DNA of 64,000 nucleotides, from contig CBDCKN010000013.1 in assembly GCA_965218295.1 (NCBI GenBank), positions 448,001 to 512,000 of the forward strand, read 5' to 3'. This document shows positions 54,211-64,000 of the stretch, in pieces (the stretch's first letter is position 1; the number at the start of each line of letters is the position of its first letter). Source of the DNA: Longimicrobiales bacterium (GTDB lineage Bacteria > Gemmatimonadota > Gemmatimonadetes > Longimicrobiales > Gaopeijiaceae). Made by a program: the position numbers and the translations under genes. The notes beneath the pieces are model-generated. The model was not told the DNA's origin and searched no databases. It saw only the letters and a program-made list of their open reading frames with translations.

Positions 54211-54380
54211 GAAGGTTGAAGGGTTTCAGGAACCACGCGGACCGTGGAAAACTCCCCTGCCTACCCACTCCAAGGTTCGGGGTTTCAGGAACCGGCTTCC
54301 CCACTAACTCGTTCACCTACAAGGTGTTACTAGTTACCGAAGCGCTTGTAACACATTACTTTAACTCTTATTAACACACG
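54184..54380. promoter_or_regulatory. Putative RepA iterons and AT-rich origin
   Basis: GGGTTTCAGGAACC x3 (54189, 54221, 54280), the first inside the 5' end of repA; followed by TAACACATTACTTTAACTCTTATTAAC. Confidence 0.7.
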
Positions 54381-54438
54381 TGGTCGCCTACCCTCCGTTC
54401 GCTTCGCTCACTACGCCCCACGCCTAACGGCGTGGCCT

Positions 54439-54480
54439 AAAAAAGGAAGGAGAGCGCCATAGGCGCTCTCCCCCCATTTT
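54439..54480. terminator. Bidirectional terminator-like hairpin
   Basis: GGAGAGCGCC-ATA-GGCGCTCTCC with an A-run on the left and a T-run on the right. Confidence 0.55.
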
Positions 54481-54763
54481 CACGTACGGCCGCTACGCGG
54501 CCCTGGCTATCAGGAGTAGCCACGCGATTTCCGAACGGATGGGAGTAAATCCGACAGCCGCCCGTCACCGAGAAATCGCCGTAGCCGGCTTCCTAGATGA
54601 GCTCGACGGCCGGACATAGGTCGAGAAGAGAGGGGAAATCGATCAAGATCGGCGACCACCGCGGACCGCTGATCGTTCCCGAGGAAGCGACCACGGCGAT
54701 CCACACCAACTAGCCTATTTTTCTCATTTCGGAAACCCGGCGATTGACCGGTAGCATTTTCGA

Positions 54764-55810
54764 TCACATATCCGGTGCGATCGTCTCGCCGTTCCAGTCC
54801 TCAGGGACCGGCTGGTACTCGGTAAACGGGTAGGTGCGCTGGTGCAATGGACGTCCGCCATCCCGGATAGACATGGCAGCAGGAGTGGTGCAGCATTCGA
54901 TAAAGTCCCAGATAGCGTCTACACGCATACCGAAATTCAGGCTACCCACGCCAATACGCACGAGATCTTCATCGGTATCGGTTACCCTGGCTTCTATGCT
55001 CCCAAAGTGAACGGCGATTACCCATCCGTATTGGTCGAACACCGGGCTGCCGCTAGTGCCTCCCGTGGCATTGAAGTTGTATTGCACCTCGACATATTCG
55101 GCGTCCCCTGACCCTTGGATCCTGAGGGCGCTGATAGTGCCATCCTTGAATGTGGCGTTGACCGTGTTATCAGCATCTCCTCCCGTGAACTGCAGCTCAC
55201 CGGGGAATCCCAAAGTCGCTACGGGCTGCCCTATACGGAGGCCATCTACATGTTCACGAGGAAGGACTGACAGGCCCTCTTCGGCTAGCATGTCATCGAG
55301 GAAGAATACTCCGACATCGGGGGTGTCACCGACGTCCTCTGTAGGGTCATAGGCAGGATGGATTAAACCTGGATCAGGTATCACATACGCGTCCTGACCC
55401 CTGAACATGCTACCCGACCTAAAGGCAACGGCCTCTGGGTTTCTGTCGGACAAAATGGCAAGTGCCTCCTCCAGCCCCTGTACAACATGGGCATTGGTCC
55501 AGAGGGCATTGGAGTACTCGGCATTGAATCCGGTGCCGATCAACGATACGCGACGCGATCCACTAGAGTGATCGAACAATACTCCTATACCAAACACGCC
55601 AGCCTCGAGATTCCCACTCTCAACAACCTCAGCCCAGTCAAACGGCTCGCCCGTCTCTCCTTGGGGCCCCTGTGGACCCCCTGGCCCCTGTGGACCCCCT
55701 GGCCCTTGTGAACCCCCTGGCCCCTGTGGACCCGAGGGTCCGATCGGACCCTCGCAACTGACCGCGAGTAGTGCTGCTAAGACGAAGAGGGCTACGCGGG
55801 GCATCGTCAA
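54764..55810 (-). CDS. Trypsin-like serine protease lipoprotein with a collagen-like linker
   Basis: Lipobox 'AVSC'; (GPQGPG)n; 'GTGF', 'TNAHVV', 'PDVG', '[10 protein letters not shown]'. Confidence 0.88.
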   Translation of the reverse strand: MTMPRVALFVLAALLAVSCEGPIGPSGPQGPGGSQGPGGPQGPGGPQGPQGETGEPFDWAEVVESGNLEAGVFGIGVLFDHSSGSRRVSLIGTGFNAEYSNALWTNAHVVQGLEEALAILSDRNPEAVAFRSGSMFRGQDAYVIPDPGLIHPAYDPTEDVGDTPDVGVFFLDDMLAEEGLSVLPREHVDGLRIGQPVATLGFPGELQFTGGDADNTVNATFKDGTISALRIQGSGDAEYVEVQYNFNATGGTSGSPVFDQYGWVIAVHFGSIEARVTDTDEDLVRIGVGSLNFGMRVDAIWDFIECCTTPAAMSIRDGGRPLHQRTYPFTEYQPVPEDWNGETIAPDM

Positions 55811-56169
55811 TCTCCTAAACGTCGATCACAACCGCGTCGGGCCATTCGTCAGCGGAATGGTCCTTACCTATTCGCCTGTGGGCGTTAGCGCAAGGCGATA
55901 ACGGGGAAGACGATCCTGCTCTGCTGTAAGGCGTCGCCCCCCATCGGGGGTTCTACGCCCCGTAGCGAAGCTTGGCCACCGCCAGCGACGGTCGATCACG
56001 CGAACGATGTTGTGCCAGCAGAGCCCCGTCGCCTCCCCCGCGACGGGTCCGGAGGGGGCGGTCCACCGCGCTGGACGTTGCCCCCTGCCGGGCCGCCCGG
56101 GCCCGCGTCTTCCGGCCGGATCTTCCCGGAGCGGCCCGCGCCCACCCGAGGTATATGGGTGGAGATGGG

Positions 56170-56619
56170 GGCCATGCTGGGATCGTCACCGTCGGCTCGC
56201 TCCACCAACACCGGGGCGTGCCGCACCTCAGGGTCCTCGGCAAGGGCTCCAAGACCCGGCCCGTGCCGGTCCACCCGGCCGCGCTCTCGGCCCTGGGCGA
56301 TTACCTCGAGCTCGCCGGGCACCGCCGCGACCGGAACGCACCCCTGTTCCAGCCGACCCAGGCCCGCTGGGCCGGCCGGCCGCTCACGGGCGACGGCATC
56401 TACAAGCTCGTCCGGAAGTACACTTCCCTGGCCGCCATCCCCATGGAGCGCATCGTCCACGCCCTACGGGCCACGGCCGCCACCAACGCCCTCGAGCACG
56501 ACGCCGACATCGCCCGCGTCCAGGACTGGCTCGGCCACGCCAACGTCAGCACCACCCGGCTCTACGACCGGCGTACACGCCGCCCCGAGGACAGCCCCAC
56601 GTTCCGGGTTAGCCACTGA
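56170..56619 (+). pseudogene. Tyrosine recombinase (plasmid resolvase-type), C-terminal fragment
   Basis: 'GKGSKTRPVP', 'HALRATAAT', 'WLGHANVSTTRLYD'. The N-terminal domain and first catalytic Arg are not seen. Confidence 0.75.
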
Positions 56620-56868
56620 CGGCGCGAAACAAGCCCCTCCGGGACGGATAATCGCGACAGCAGGCCAGCTCCCCCAGCGTTCTCTAAAATCTAAAAACCG
56701 TAGCGGCTCGGACCATAATCCCGCTCTCGCCCAACCTCGGGGGGATCCCCATCCTCAGGTGGCCGCGGTCGTGCTTCTGGCGCTCCCCGTCTTGTCCGCA
56801 CGGCGGGTCCGTGATATACCTACAGGTGTACACACCTTCGCGTGTACAGACCGACCCCACGAGGACGC

Positions 56869-57549
56869 ATGAAGACCGTAGCGATCATCAGCCAGAAAGG
56901 CGGTTCAGGGAAAAGTACCCTGGCCCTTCATCTGGCCGTTGCATCGAGCCGAGAACGCGACACGGCCGTGATAGACCTCGATCCGCAAGCATCAGCCGCA
57001 AGTTGGGCCGATCGCCGTGAGGCCGGCACTCCCCCCGTTCTCTCCGCTCATTCAAGTCGCCTGCTCTTCGTCATGAAGGAAGTTGAGCAAGCGGAGGGCC
57101 CTCAAGGATCGCTGGTGATCCTCGATACGGCCCCCCACGCTGATCGCGTAGCGCTCGACGCTGCCAAGGCGGCCGACCTGGTCCTTATTCCAGCCCGTAC
57201 GACCATTTTCGACATCGAGCCTTGTCTTAGGACGTGTGAACTGATCGCCACGACGAAGACGCCGCAATTCGTTGTTCTGAACGGTGTGGCGGCCGTGGGC
57301 AGTGAAGCAGACGACGCGGCCAGAACGATCGAAGCCCAGGGCTTTGCCGTAGCGCCCGTGCGCCTGGTGAGCCGCGTGGCGTACGCCCGCTCACTCATGG
57401 TCGGTCAAGTCGCCCAGGAGTTTCGCCCGAACGACAAGGCCGCGAAGGAGACCGCTGCCCTGCACACCTTCATGTGTACACACCTGTACGCTTCTCGCAA
57501 GGAGACACGAACCGATGGCCGGAAAGCCAAGCTTCGAAGAGGCGCTTAG
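56869..57549 (+). CDS. parA: Type Ib ParA partition ATPase
   Basis: 'SQKGGSGKST', 'DLDPQAS', 'ILDTAP'. Confidence 0.92.
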   Translation: MKTVAIISQKGGSGKSTLALHLAVASSRERDTAVIDLDPQASAASWADRREAGTPPVLSAHSSRLLFVMKEVEQAEGPQGSLVILDTAPHADRVALDAAKAADLVLIPARTTIFDIEPCLRTCELIATTKTPQFVVLNGVAAVGSEADDAARTIEAQGFAVAPVRLVSRVAYARSLMVGQVAQEFRPNDKAAKETAALHTFMCTHLYASRKETRTDGRKAKLRRGA

Positions 57550-57787
57550 CAAGAGGAAGCCCGCTAATGAAGAGCCGAAAGGGCCCAAGCGGAGCAGGGG
57601 AGGGACCTCGACGCTCAAACCCTCCCGGACGGGCACCAAGCACATCGGCGGCCATTTCCCACCCGAGGTCGCGAAACAGCTACGCCAACTCGCCGTAGAC
57701 GAAGACACGTCCCATCAGAAGCTCTTGGGCGAAGCGCTTGATTTACTCTTTCAGAGCCGACGTCTCCCCACGATCGCCAGCAAATAA
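57515..57787 (+). CDS. Ribbon-helix-helix partition/DNA-binding protein (ParG-like)
   Basis: Follows parA; 'KHIGGHFPPEVAKQLRQLA...QKLLGEALDLLF'. Confidence 0.8.
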   Translation: MAGKPSFEEALSKRKPANEEPKGPKRSRGGTSTLKPSRTGTKHIGGHFPPEVAKQLRQLAVDEDTSHQKLLGEALDLLFQSRRLPTIASK

Positions 57788-57828
57788 TCGTGTACCGGTG
57801 TGTACACCTCTCTGTCTAGGAGGCCACT

Positions 57829-58790
57829 GTGAACGAGCCGGATAAACCGAAGCTGACGGACTACCTGACCGAGGCCTTGGCCAAGAGCCTGACCGAGGAG
57901 GGGTGTCAGAGCCTCCTCGAGGAGCGCGAACTCGTGGAGGCAGAGGCGCAGCGGGAGCGGCTGGAGGCCCTCCGGATCCAGATGCGGCCTCTGGACACTC
58001 CGGAGGTTGGGGAGGAAGCCCAGACGCCTCCTGAGGTACGCCCCGAATCACGGCCCGACCCGATTCTCCCGGTCGCGGTATCCGTCCGGGAGCATCCAGC
58101 TCGGGAGGCCGGCCGGCTCGCCTTCGGGGGAATCGTCGACCTTGACCAAGACCTGCCGGCGGACGGGCAACTGCCCTTACTCCCGGCCCCGGAAGGTCCT
58201 CGCGTCCCCCTGCTCGAGCTCGTGGACCGCTACGGCGTCCCCACCATGGCCCAGGGCCGAGGCGCGCCCCTGGAACTGGCCGTCTACATCGGCGCGTGTA
58301 TCCTGACGCCCCACCGTGTCCGGGTGAGCCGCGGGAGGCTCGTTACGACCGTCCGCGAGCTCCGTGACTTCCTGTTCGGGCCAATCTGGCATCCCAGCCC
58401 GACCGGTAACCGGCCCGGCGATTGGGAGCGGGTCCGGGCCACGGCGCTGAACGCCAGCGACCTCTGGCGGGCCGTCGCCGTGAGGAAGATCCCCCCGGCG
58501 GCCGGGCGTTACCCGCCGACGCCACCCCCGCAACCGGAGCGTCCACCTGTGGAGCTCCGACCCCGCGCACTACCCCGTTCTGACGGCGGAGGCCCGGCGA
58601 CGGCTGGCGTTCGGGTCCGGAGACAAGAAGAACCGGACGCGGGCCAACCAGGACGCCGCATGGGAGGACCTGGCTGGGGTCGAGATCCTGACCCGAACGG
58701 CCACCACCCAGGATAGTCGGCGCGGCTGGCTGATCGTCCCCGAGGCGGCGGCGGCCATCCGAGGACCTGCGCAACCGGAGAATGACGTTC
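57829..58790 (+). pseudogene. Unrecognised protein (candidate Rep) with an internal deletion/frameshift near 58500
   Basis: Intact N-terminal ~225 aa behind an AGGAGG RBS. The C-terminal part, in another frame, is homologous to 52140-52637. Confidence 0.6.
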
Positions 58791-59046
58791 GCGTAAGTCG
58801 TTACGGCACAACAACTGGATCCCATCTCCATCCCGACCCCGACAGGGGGAGGGAGGGGAGGAGGTGCCGGCTAGCGCCGCTCCCTAGAGGGTCGCGAGGG
58901 CGCTGCCGGCACTCCCTTTCCTCTGTTAAAGACGGGTTCCTCCGGCCGGTCGGAAAGCGGGTGTTTCCCCCTGGTCTCAGCCGCGACGGCCGACATCGAG
59001 GCCCTCAGAGCCCACCAGGGCAGATTTCTTCGCACCGGATAGAGTC

Positions 59047-59400
59047 TTAGGCCAGCCGGTTCCGGATCCGGAACCGGCTGGCCCGGCATTTGGGCCCGCA
59101 CACCACCGAGTCCGCGCGCATCTGCCAGGGCAGTGCACCATCGCACACGGGGCACACTACGGCGGCGGGAACATGCTTGGGCAGGGACATTAAGTTTGTC
59201 CTCGAGGGGTCGGCCCGCTTCACGATGATGGCAATCCAGTTGCCCGACGTGGCGATCCACTCGATGTACTCGGAATAGTACTCGTCGCCCCGCGTGAGCA
59301 GCCGGAGTGCCTCCTCCTCGTCGTTCGAGAGTCGAGGGTAAACAGCCTTCTGCTCGTAGATCTCATCCCCGTAAAGGAACTTCCGCGTCCGCTTCCTCAA
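59047..59400 (-). CDS. Hypothetical protein with a C-terminal Cys4 zinc finger
   Basis: 'CPVC...CGPKCR'. Confidence 0.5.
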   Translation of the reverse strand: MRKRTRKFLYGDEIYEQKAVYPRLSNDEEEALRLLTRGDEYYSEYIEWIATSGNWIAIIVKRADPSRTNLMSLPKHVPAAVVCPVCDGALPWQMRADSVVCGPKCRASRFRIRNRLA

Positions 59401-59644
59401 TCACATCATGCAGGAGCGCGACGACGCATGGCGATCGAGGATGCGATTACGGCAGCGGTCAAGGGGTCCTCCCGCATTGAGGCTCGCGGCTTCGCCGTTC
59501 GCTTCTGACACCCGAACACTCTTTAGGAAATGACTTTTTATGCAAAGGCAAACAGCAAATGCCACGGCAGTAGAGCTTTGCCCACCAAGGGACGCCATCA
59601 TAGGGCCAGCGCCCCCGCGATCGGAGCGGTGAACCAAGCCAGCC

Positions 59645-61174
59645 CACGGCTGCCGAAGATCGATGTCACGGCGGGGAAATCTCTATGACTGTGCTGAGAC
59701 GGTATTCACCTGACAGTTGACCACGAGAGAGGACGGTGGCCAGCCGCCCTCGCCGGAGCTAATTGAGAGATGTCGAAGTCACTCACTTAGCACGGGAGAG
59801 AAGATGACCACCGTCCAGGGGGAGAAGATAGCGCGCCGCAAGCTGAGCCTGCTACAGTTGGCCCAGGAGCTCGGCAACGTGAGCAAGGCGTGCAAGATCG
59901 TGGGCTACAGCCGGCAGCAGTTCTACGAGATCAGGAGGAACTTCCAGCTTTACGGGGCCGAGGGGCTGATCGACCAGCTTCCGGGGCCGAAGGGACCGCA
60001 CCCGAACCGGGTGAGTGAAGAGATTGAGCAGGCGGTCTTGGCCCACGCCTTGGAGGCTCCGACGCACGGAGCTCAGCGGGTCGCGGACGAGTTGCTGCTC
60101 GGAGGGATCCAGGTGAGCTCAGGAGGCGTACGGGGCGTGTGGAGCCGGCATGGCCTCACCACGAAGCACGAACGGCTGCTCAGGCTCGAAGAGACGGCCA
60201 GGGAACGGAAGCTGAAGCTGACCGACGAGCAGATCGAGCTGCTGGAGCGCTTCAGTCCCGAGTTCCGGGAGCGCCACATCGAAGTCCATTACCCGGGCGA
60301 CCTCGTCGCCGTGGACACGTTCTTCGTCGGAACGCTGAAGGGGGTCGGCAAGGTGTACCTGCAGACCGTGCTCGATTGCTTCAGCCGCTACGCCTGGGGC
60401 CGGCTCTACACGAGCAAGCTCCCGCTCACGGCGGTGCAGGTGATGAATAACGACGTGTTGCCGTTCTTCGATGAGCACCGGGTCCGGGTGAAGACCGTGC
60501 TCAGCGACAACGGCCGCGAGTTCTGCGGCCGTCCGGACCGTCACCCATATGAGCTGTTCCTTCAGCTCGAGGACATCGAGCACCGCACGACGAAGGTGGG
60601 CAGGCCCCAGTCCAACGGCTTCATCGAGCGCTTCCACCGCACGCTCCTCGACGAGCACTTGAGGGTGAAGGGCCGCACCACCTGGTACGAGACCGTCGAG
60701 GAGATGCAGCAGGACCTCGAGGCGTATCTGGAGACCTACAACCGGAAGCGGCCGCACCGCGGTCGAGCCATGGAGGGCCGCACGCCCTATCAGGTCTTCA
60801 AGGCCGGTCTCACCGACGCCAGGAAGGCCGCAAAGGCCAGGAAGGAGGAGGCTAAGACGAAGGCAGCCTAGACACAGCTCCGGCGAGGGCCAACTGTCAG
60901 GTCATTACCATCTCTGTACACTATGACAACGCGCACATCGAGAGCTTCTTCAAAACTCTGAAGCACGAGGAGATCTTCGCAAACGACTACAGCACGATTG
61001 ATGACCTAGCCAACCGACTCCCCCACTTCCTTGAGGAGGTATACAATCGAAGACGCTTGCACTCCTCCCTCGGCTACAGGCCGCCTGAGGAATTCGAGAG
61101 TGTGTATGCAGCTTGAAACCCTCAACCAGTCAATCCAGCCAACCCCCACTGTCCACTCTTAGGGGTTCACTCCA
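59645..61174 (+). pseudogene. IS3-family orfB 3' remnant with right IR, split by IS481
   Basis: 'SMSRRGNLYD|NAHIESFFKTLK...YNRRRLHSSLGYRPP'; ends ...GGGGTTCACTCCA. Confidence 0.85.
59690..60920 (+). mobile_element. IS481-family element, copy 2 (transposase 59804-60871; 7-bp TSD CTATGAC)
   Basis: Same length and protein as copy 1. CTATGAC at 59683-59689 and 60921-60927. Confidence 0.95.
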
Positions 61175-61447
61175 AGACCTGTGCAGCTTTCGATGGCCGT
61201 TGACACCTTCGGCCCCAAAATGCGATAGGTGCCTGTGCGGGTCTATTACCATCGACAGCTGCTCCGACGGTGCTACTTTCGACCTCGACATAGCGTGGGC
61301 TCCTCCCCCTCGTGGGTGGGTCATCTTGCAAGGACGACCCAGGGTAGCCTGCGCCATTGTCGCGTTTACTAGAAAGCTTTGGACATCGCCCCAGAGGCGA
61401 TGCGGTGCGAGATCGTAGTCCGCTGTCTACCGAGTCGGGAAGGCTTT

Positions 61448-64000
61448 ATGCATCGTGCGAGATTGCTTGCTCCAGTGCTCTTGTTCGTCGCCGGGTGCGG
61501 CGACGGTGGAAGTCAGACGCCCACCAGCCCTCCCGTACCGCCCGCCAACCGGGCGCCTACGGTTACGGTGTCGGGTGCGATTTCGGACCAGGTCTTGGTA
61601 GAGAACACGGAGGTGACGGTAGACATTTCCGGGGCGTTTTCCGATCCCGATGGGGACGCCCTCAGATACGGGGCCGCCTCGGACGCCTCAAGCGTTGCCA
61701 GGACGAGCGTCTCCGGAAGCGATCTCAAGGTGATCGGCGAGGCTCCGGGGAGCGCGACCATCACGGTGACGGCGACCGATCCCGGCGGCCTCAGCGCCAC
61801 CCAGACCTTCGAGGTCACCGTCAACAGCGCCAACCGGGCGCCTACGGTTACGGTGTCGGGTGCGATTTCGGACCAGGTCTTGGTAGAGAACACGGAGGTG
61901 ACGGTAGACATTTCCGGGGCGTTTTCCGATCCCGATGGGGACGCCCTCAGATACGGGGCCGCCTCGGACGCCTCAAGCGTTGCCAGGACGAGCGTCTCCG
62001 GAAGCGATCTCAAGGTGATCGGCGAGGCTCCGGGGAGCGCGACCATCACGGTGACGGCGACCGATCCCGGCGGCCTCAGCGCCACCCAGACCTTCGAGGT
62101 CACCGTCAACAGCGCCAACCGGGCGCCTACGGTTACGGTGTCGGGTGCGATTTCGGACCAGGTCTTGGTAGAGAACACGGAGGTGACGGTAGACATTTCC
62201 GGGGCGTTTTCCGATCCCGATGGGGACGCCCTCAGATACGGGGCCGCCTCGGACGCCTCAAGCGTTGCCAGGACGAGCGTCTCCGGAAGCGATCTCAAGG
62301 TGATCGGCGAGGCTCCGGGGAGCGCGACCATCACGGTGACGGCGACCGATCCCGGCGGCCTCAGCGCCACCCAGACCTTCGAGGTCACCGTCAACAGCGC
62401 CAACCGGGCGCCTACGGTTACGGTGTCGGGTGCGATTTCGGACCAGGTCTTGGTAGAGAACACGGAGGTGACGGTAGACATTTCCGGGGCGTTTTCCGAT
62501 CCCGATGGGGACGCCCTCAGATACGGGGCCGCCTCGGACGCCTCAAGCGTTGCCAGGACGAGCGTCTCCGGAAGCGATCTCAAGGTGATCGGCGAGGCTC
62601 CGGGGAGCGCGACCATCACGGTGACGGCGACCGATCCCGGCGGCCTCAGCGCCACCCAGACCTTCGAGGTCACCGTCAACAGCGCCAACCGGGCGCCTAC
62701 GGTTACGGTGTCGGGTGCGATTTCGGACCAGGTCTTGGTAGAGAACACGGAGGTGACGGTAGACATTTCCGGGGCGTTTTCCGATCCCGATGGGGACGCC
62801 CTCAGATACGGGGCCGCCTCGGACGCCTCAAGCGTTGCCAGGACGAGCGTCTCCGGAAGCGATCTCAAGGTGATCGGCGAGGCTCCGGGGAGCGCGACCA
62901 TCACGGTGACGGCGACCGATCCCGGCGGCCTCAGCGCCACCCAGACCTTCGAGGTCACCGTCAACAGCGCCAACCGGGCGCCTACGGTTACGGTGTCGGG
63001 TGCGATTTCGGACCAGGTCTTGGTAGAGAACACGGAGGTGACGGTAGACATTTCCGGGGCGTTTTCCGATCCCGATGGGGACGCCCTCAGATACGGGGCC
63101 GCCTCGGACGCCTCAAGCGTTGCCAGGACGAGCGTCTCCGGAAGCGATCTCAAGGTGATCGGCGAGGCTCCGGGGAGCGCGACCATCACGGTGACGGCGA
63201 CCGATCCCGGCGGCCTCAGCGCCACCCAGACCTTCGAGGTCACCGTAGAAGCGGGCAGCGGTGGAGCGGACCTCGACGCCCTTTTTGCCCCGCCCACGGC
63301 GGATGAGATCACACAGGTAAAGGAGGAATGGGATACCCGAACGCCCGAAGTCAGCGGGGTTCGCCCTGAACCTGAACTGGACTCTGAGGTTCGTGCGGGA
63401 TTGGGATCCGTCAGGGTCCGGATCCTTTCTCACACCGTGGGTGGGCTCAGGCATTACGGGGCCGTGGTGACTCCGGTGGGAGCGGAACCCGGCTCGCTTC
63501 CCGTTATCCTCTACGCCCACGGCGGGGACGGCGGCGTGGAGATCGAGGATACGTTCTTGCTGCATCAGATCCTTCAGCGCGAGGATCTGAGTGCGGCCTT
63601 GGTAATACCGTCGTATCGGTCGGAGCCCCTCCGGCTCGGGGACCAGGTGTTCCTTTCCGAAGGTCCGCCTAGCCCCTGGGACCGGGACGTCGACGATACC
63701 ATCTCACTCCTTTCCGTCGCACTCGAGCAGGCGCCGGAGCTCGACGAGGAGAGGGTGGCCATCGTGGGGTTCAGCCGGGGGGGTGGTGTGGGTCTCCTGA
63801 CGGCTGCGCGCGATCTGAGGATCGACGCTGTTGTCGAGTTCTTCGGCCTGACGGACCTGTTCGATGAATATGCACGTGAGATCTTCGAGGAGGCCCTCGA
63901 CGGCGAGCTGCGGGATCTCCCCGGTCTCGATTACCTCAATGAGATCCTCATCTTGCCCTGGAAGCTGGGTGTTCTCTCCGATGCAGAGGCTCGGCTCGAG
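61448..64000 (+). CDS. Lipoprotein with six Ig/cadherin-like repeats and an S9-like alpha/beta hydrolase (runs off the window)
   Basis: Hand translation: MHRARLLAPVLLFVAGC; 'NRAP...FSDPDGDAL...ATDPGGLSATQ' x6; 'ILYAHGG'; 'VGFSRGG' nucleophile elbow. Confidence 0.88.
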   Translation, partial: MHRARLLAPVLLFVAGCGDGGSQTPTSPPVPPANRAPTVTVSGAISDQVLVENTEVTVDISGAFSDPDGDALRYGAASDASSVARTSVSGSDLKVIGEAPGSATITVTATDPGGLSATQTFEVTVNSANRAPTVTVSGAISDQVLVENTEVTVDISGAFSDPDGDALRYGAASDASSVARTSVSGSDLKVIGEAPGSATITVTATDPGGLSATQTFEVTVNSANRAPTVTVSGAISDQVLVENTEVTVDISGAFSDPDGDALRYGAASDASSVARTSVSGSDLKVIGEAPGSATITVTATDPGGLSATQTFEVTVNSANRAPTVTVSGAISDQVLVENTEVTVDISGAFSDPDGDALRYGAASDASSVARTSVSGSDLKVIGEAPGSATITVTATDPGGLSATQTFEVTVNSANRAPTVTVSGAISDQVLVENTEVTVDISGAFSDPDGDALRYGAASDASSVARTSVSGSDLKVIGEAPGSATITVTATDPGGLSATQTFEVTVNSANRAPTVTVSGAISDQVLVENTEVTVDISGAFSDPDGDALRYGAASDASSVARTSVSGSDLKVIGEAPGSATITVTATDPGGLSATQTFEVTVEAGSGGADLDALFAPPTADEITQVKEEWDTRTPEVSGVRPEPELDSEVRAGLGSVRVRILSHTVGGLRHYGAVVTPVGAEPGSLPVILYAHGGDGGVEIEDTFLLHQILQREDLSAALVIPSYRSEPLRLGDQVFLSEGPPSPWDRDVDDTISLLSVALEQAPELDEERVAIVGFSRGGGVGLLTAARDLRIDAVVEFFGLTDLFDEYAREIFEEALDGELRDLPGLDYLNEILILPWKLGVLSDAEARLE
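61543..63246 (+). repeat. Six apparently identical 285-bp tandem repeats
   Basis: Unit starts at 61543, 61828, 62113, 62398, 62683 and 62968. Confidence 0.95.

Noticed and set aside
61357..63312. 649-aa (+) and 599-aa (-) ORFs across the 285-bp repeats
   Set aside because: A stop-free repeat unit propagates these open frames. The real gene is the third frame starting at 61448.

Overview
High-GC bacterial chromosomal window, probably Gemmatimonadota. That assignment is inferred from the RpoB C-terminal insertion, a 'RLNAALxGRYRIERELGEGGMATV' kinase fragment and the lipoprotein repertoire. About 2-16 kb is an intact core cluster on the minus strand: tRNA-Tyr/Gly/Thr, tuf, rpmG, secE, nusG, rplK, rplA, rplJ, rplL, rpoB, rpoC. 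This cluster is interspersed with a family of long hairpins that have variable arms and conserved loops, and its L11 carries an acidic repeat tail. The rest is IS-rich accessory DNA with many gene fragments: five copies of one IS3-family element, two IS481, two IS256 and several remnants. It contains a DUF262/GmrSD-HNH-HEPN defence gene and an ~11 kb integrative mobilizable element bounded by a 15-bp non-tRNA direct repeat (P4-like integrase, ColE1-type oriT and mbeCABD, and a Fur-boxed CbiX-like/HmuY/TonB-receptor operon). It also holds large repeat-containing lipoproteins and a decayed plasmid-like region (RepA, parA/RHH, resolvase, 22-bp iterons, and two broken copies of an unrecognised Rep-candidate gene). 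All calls come from reading motifs by eye; no database searches were run.
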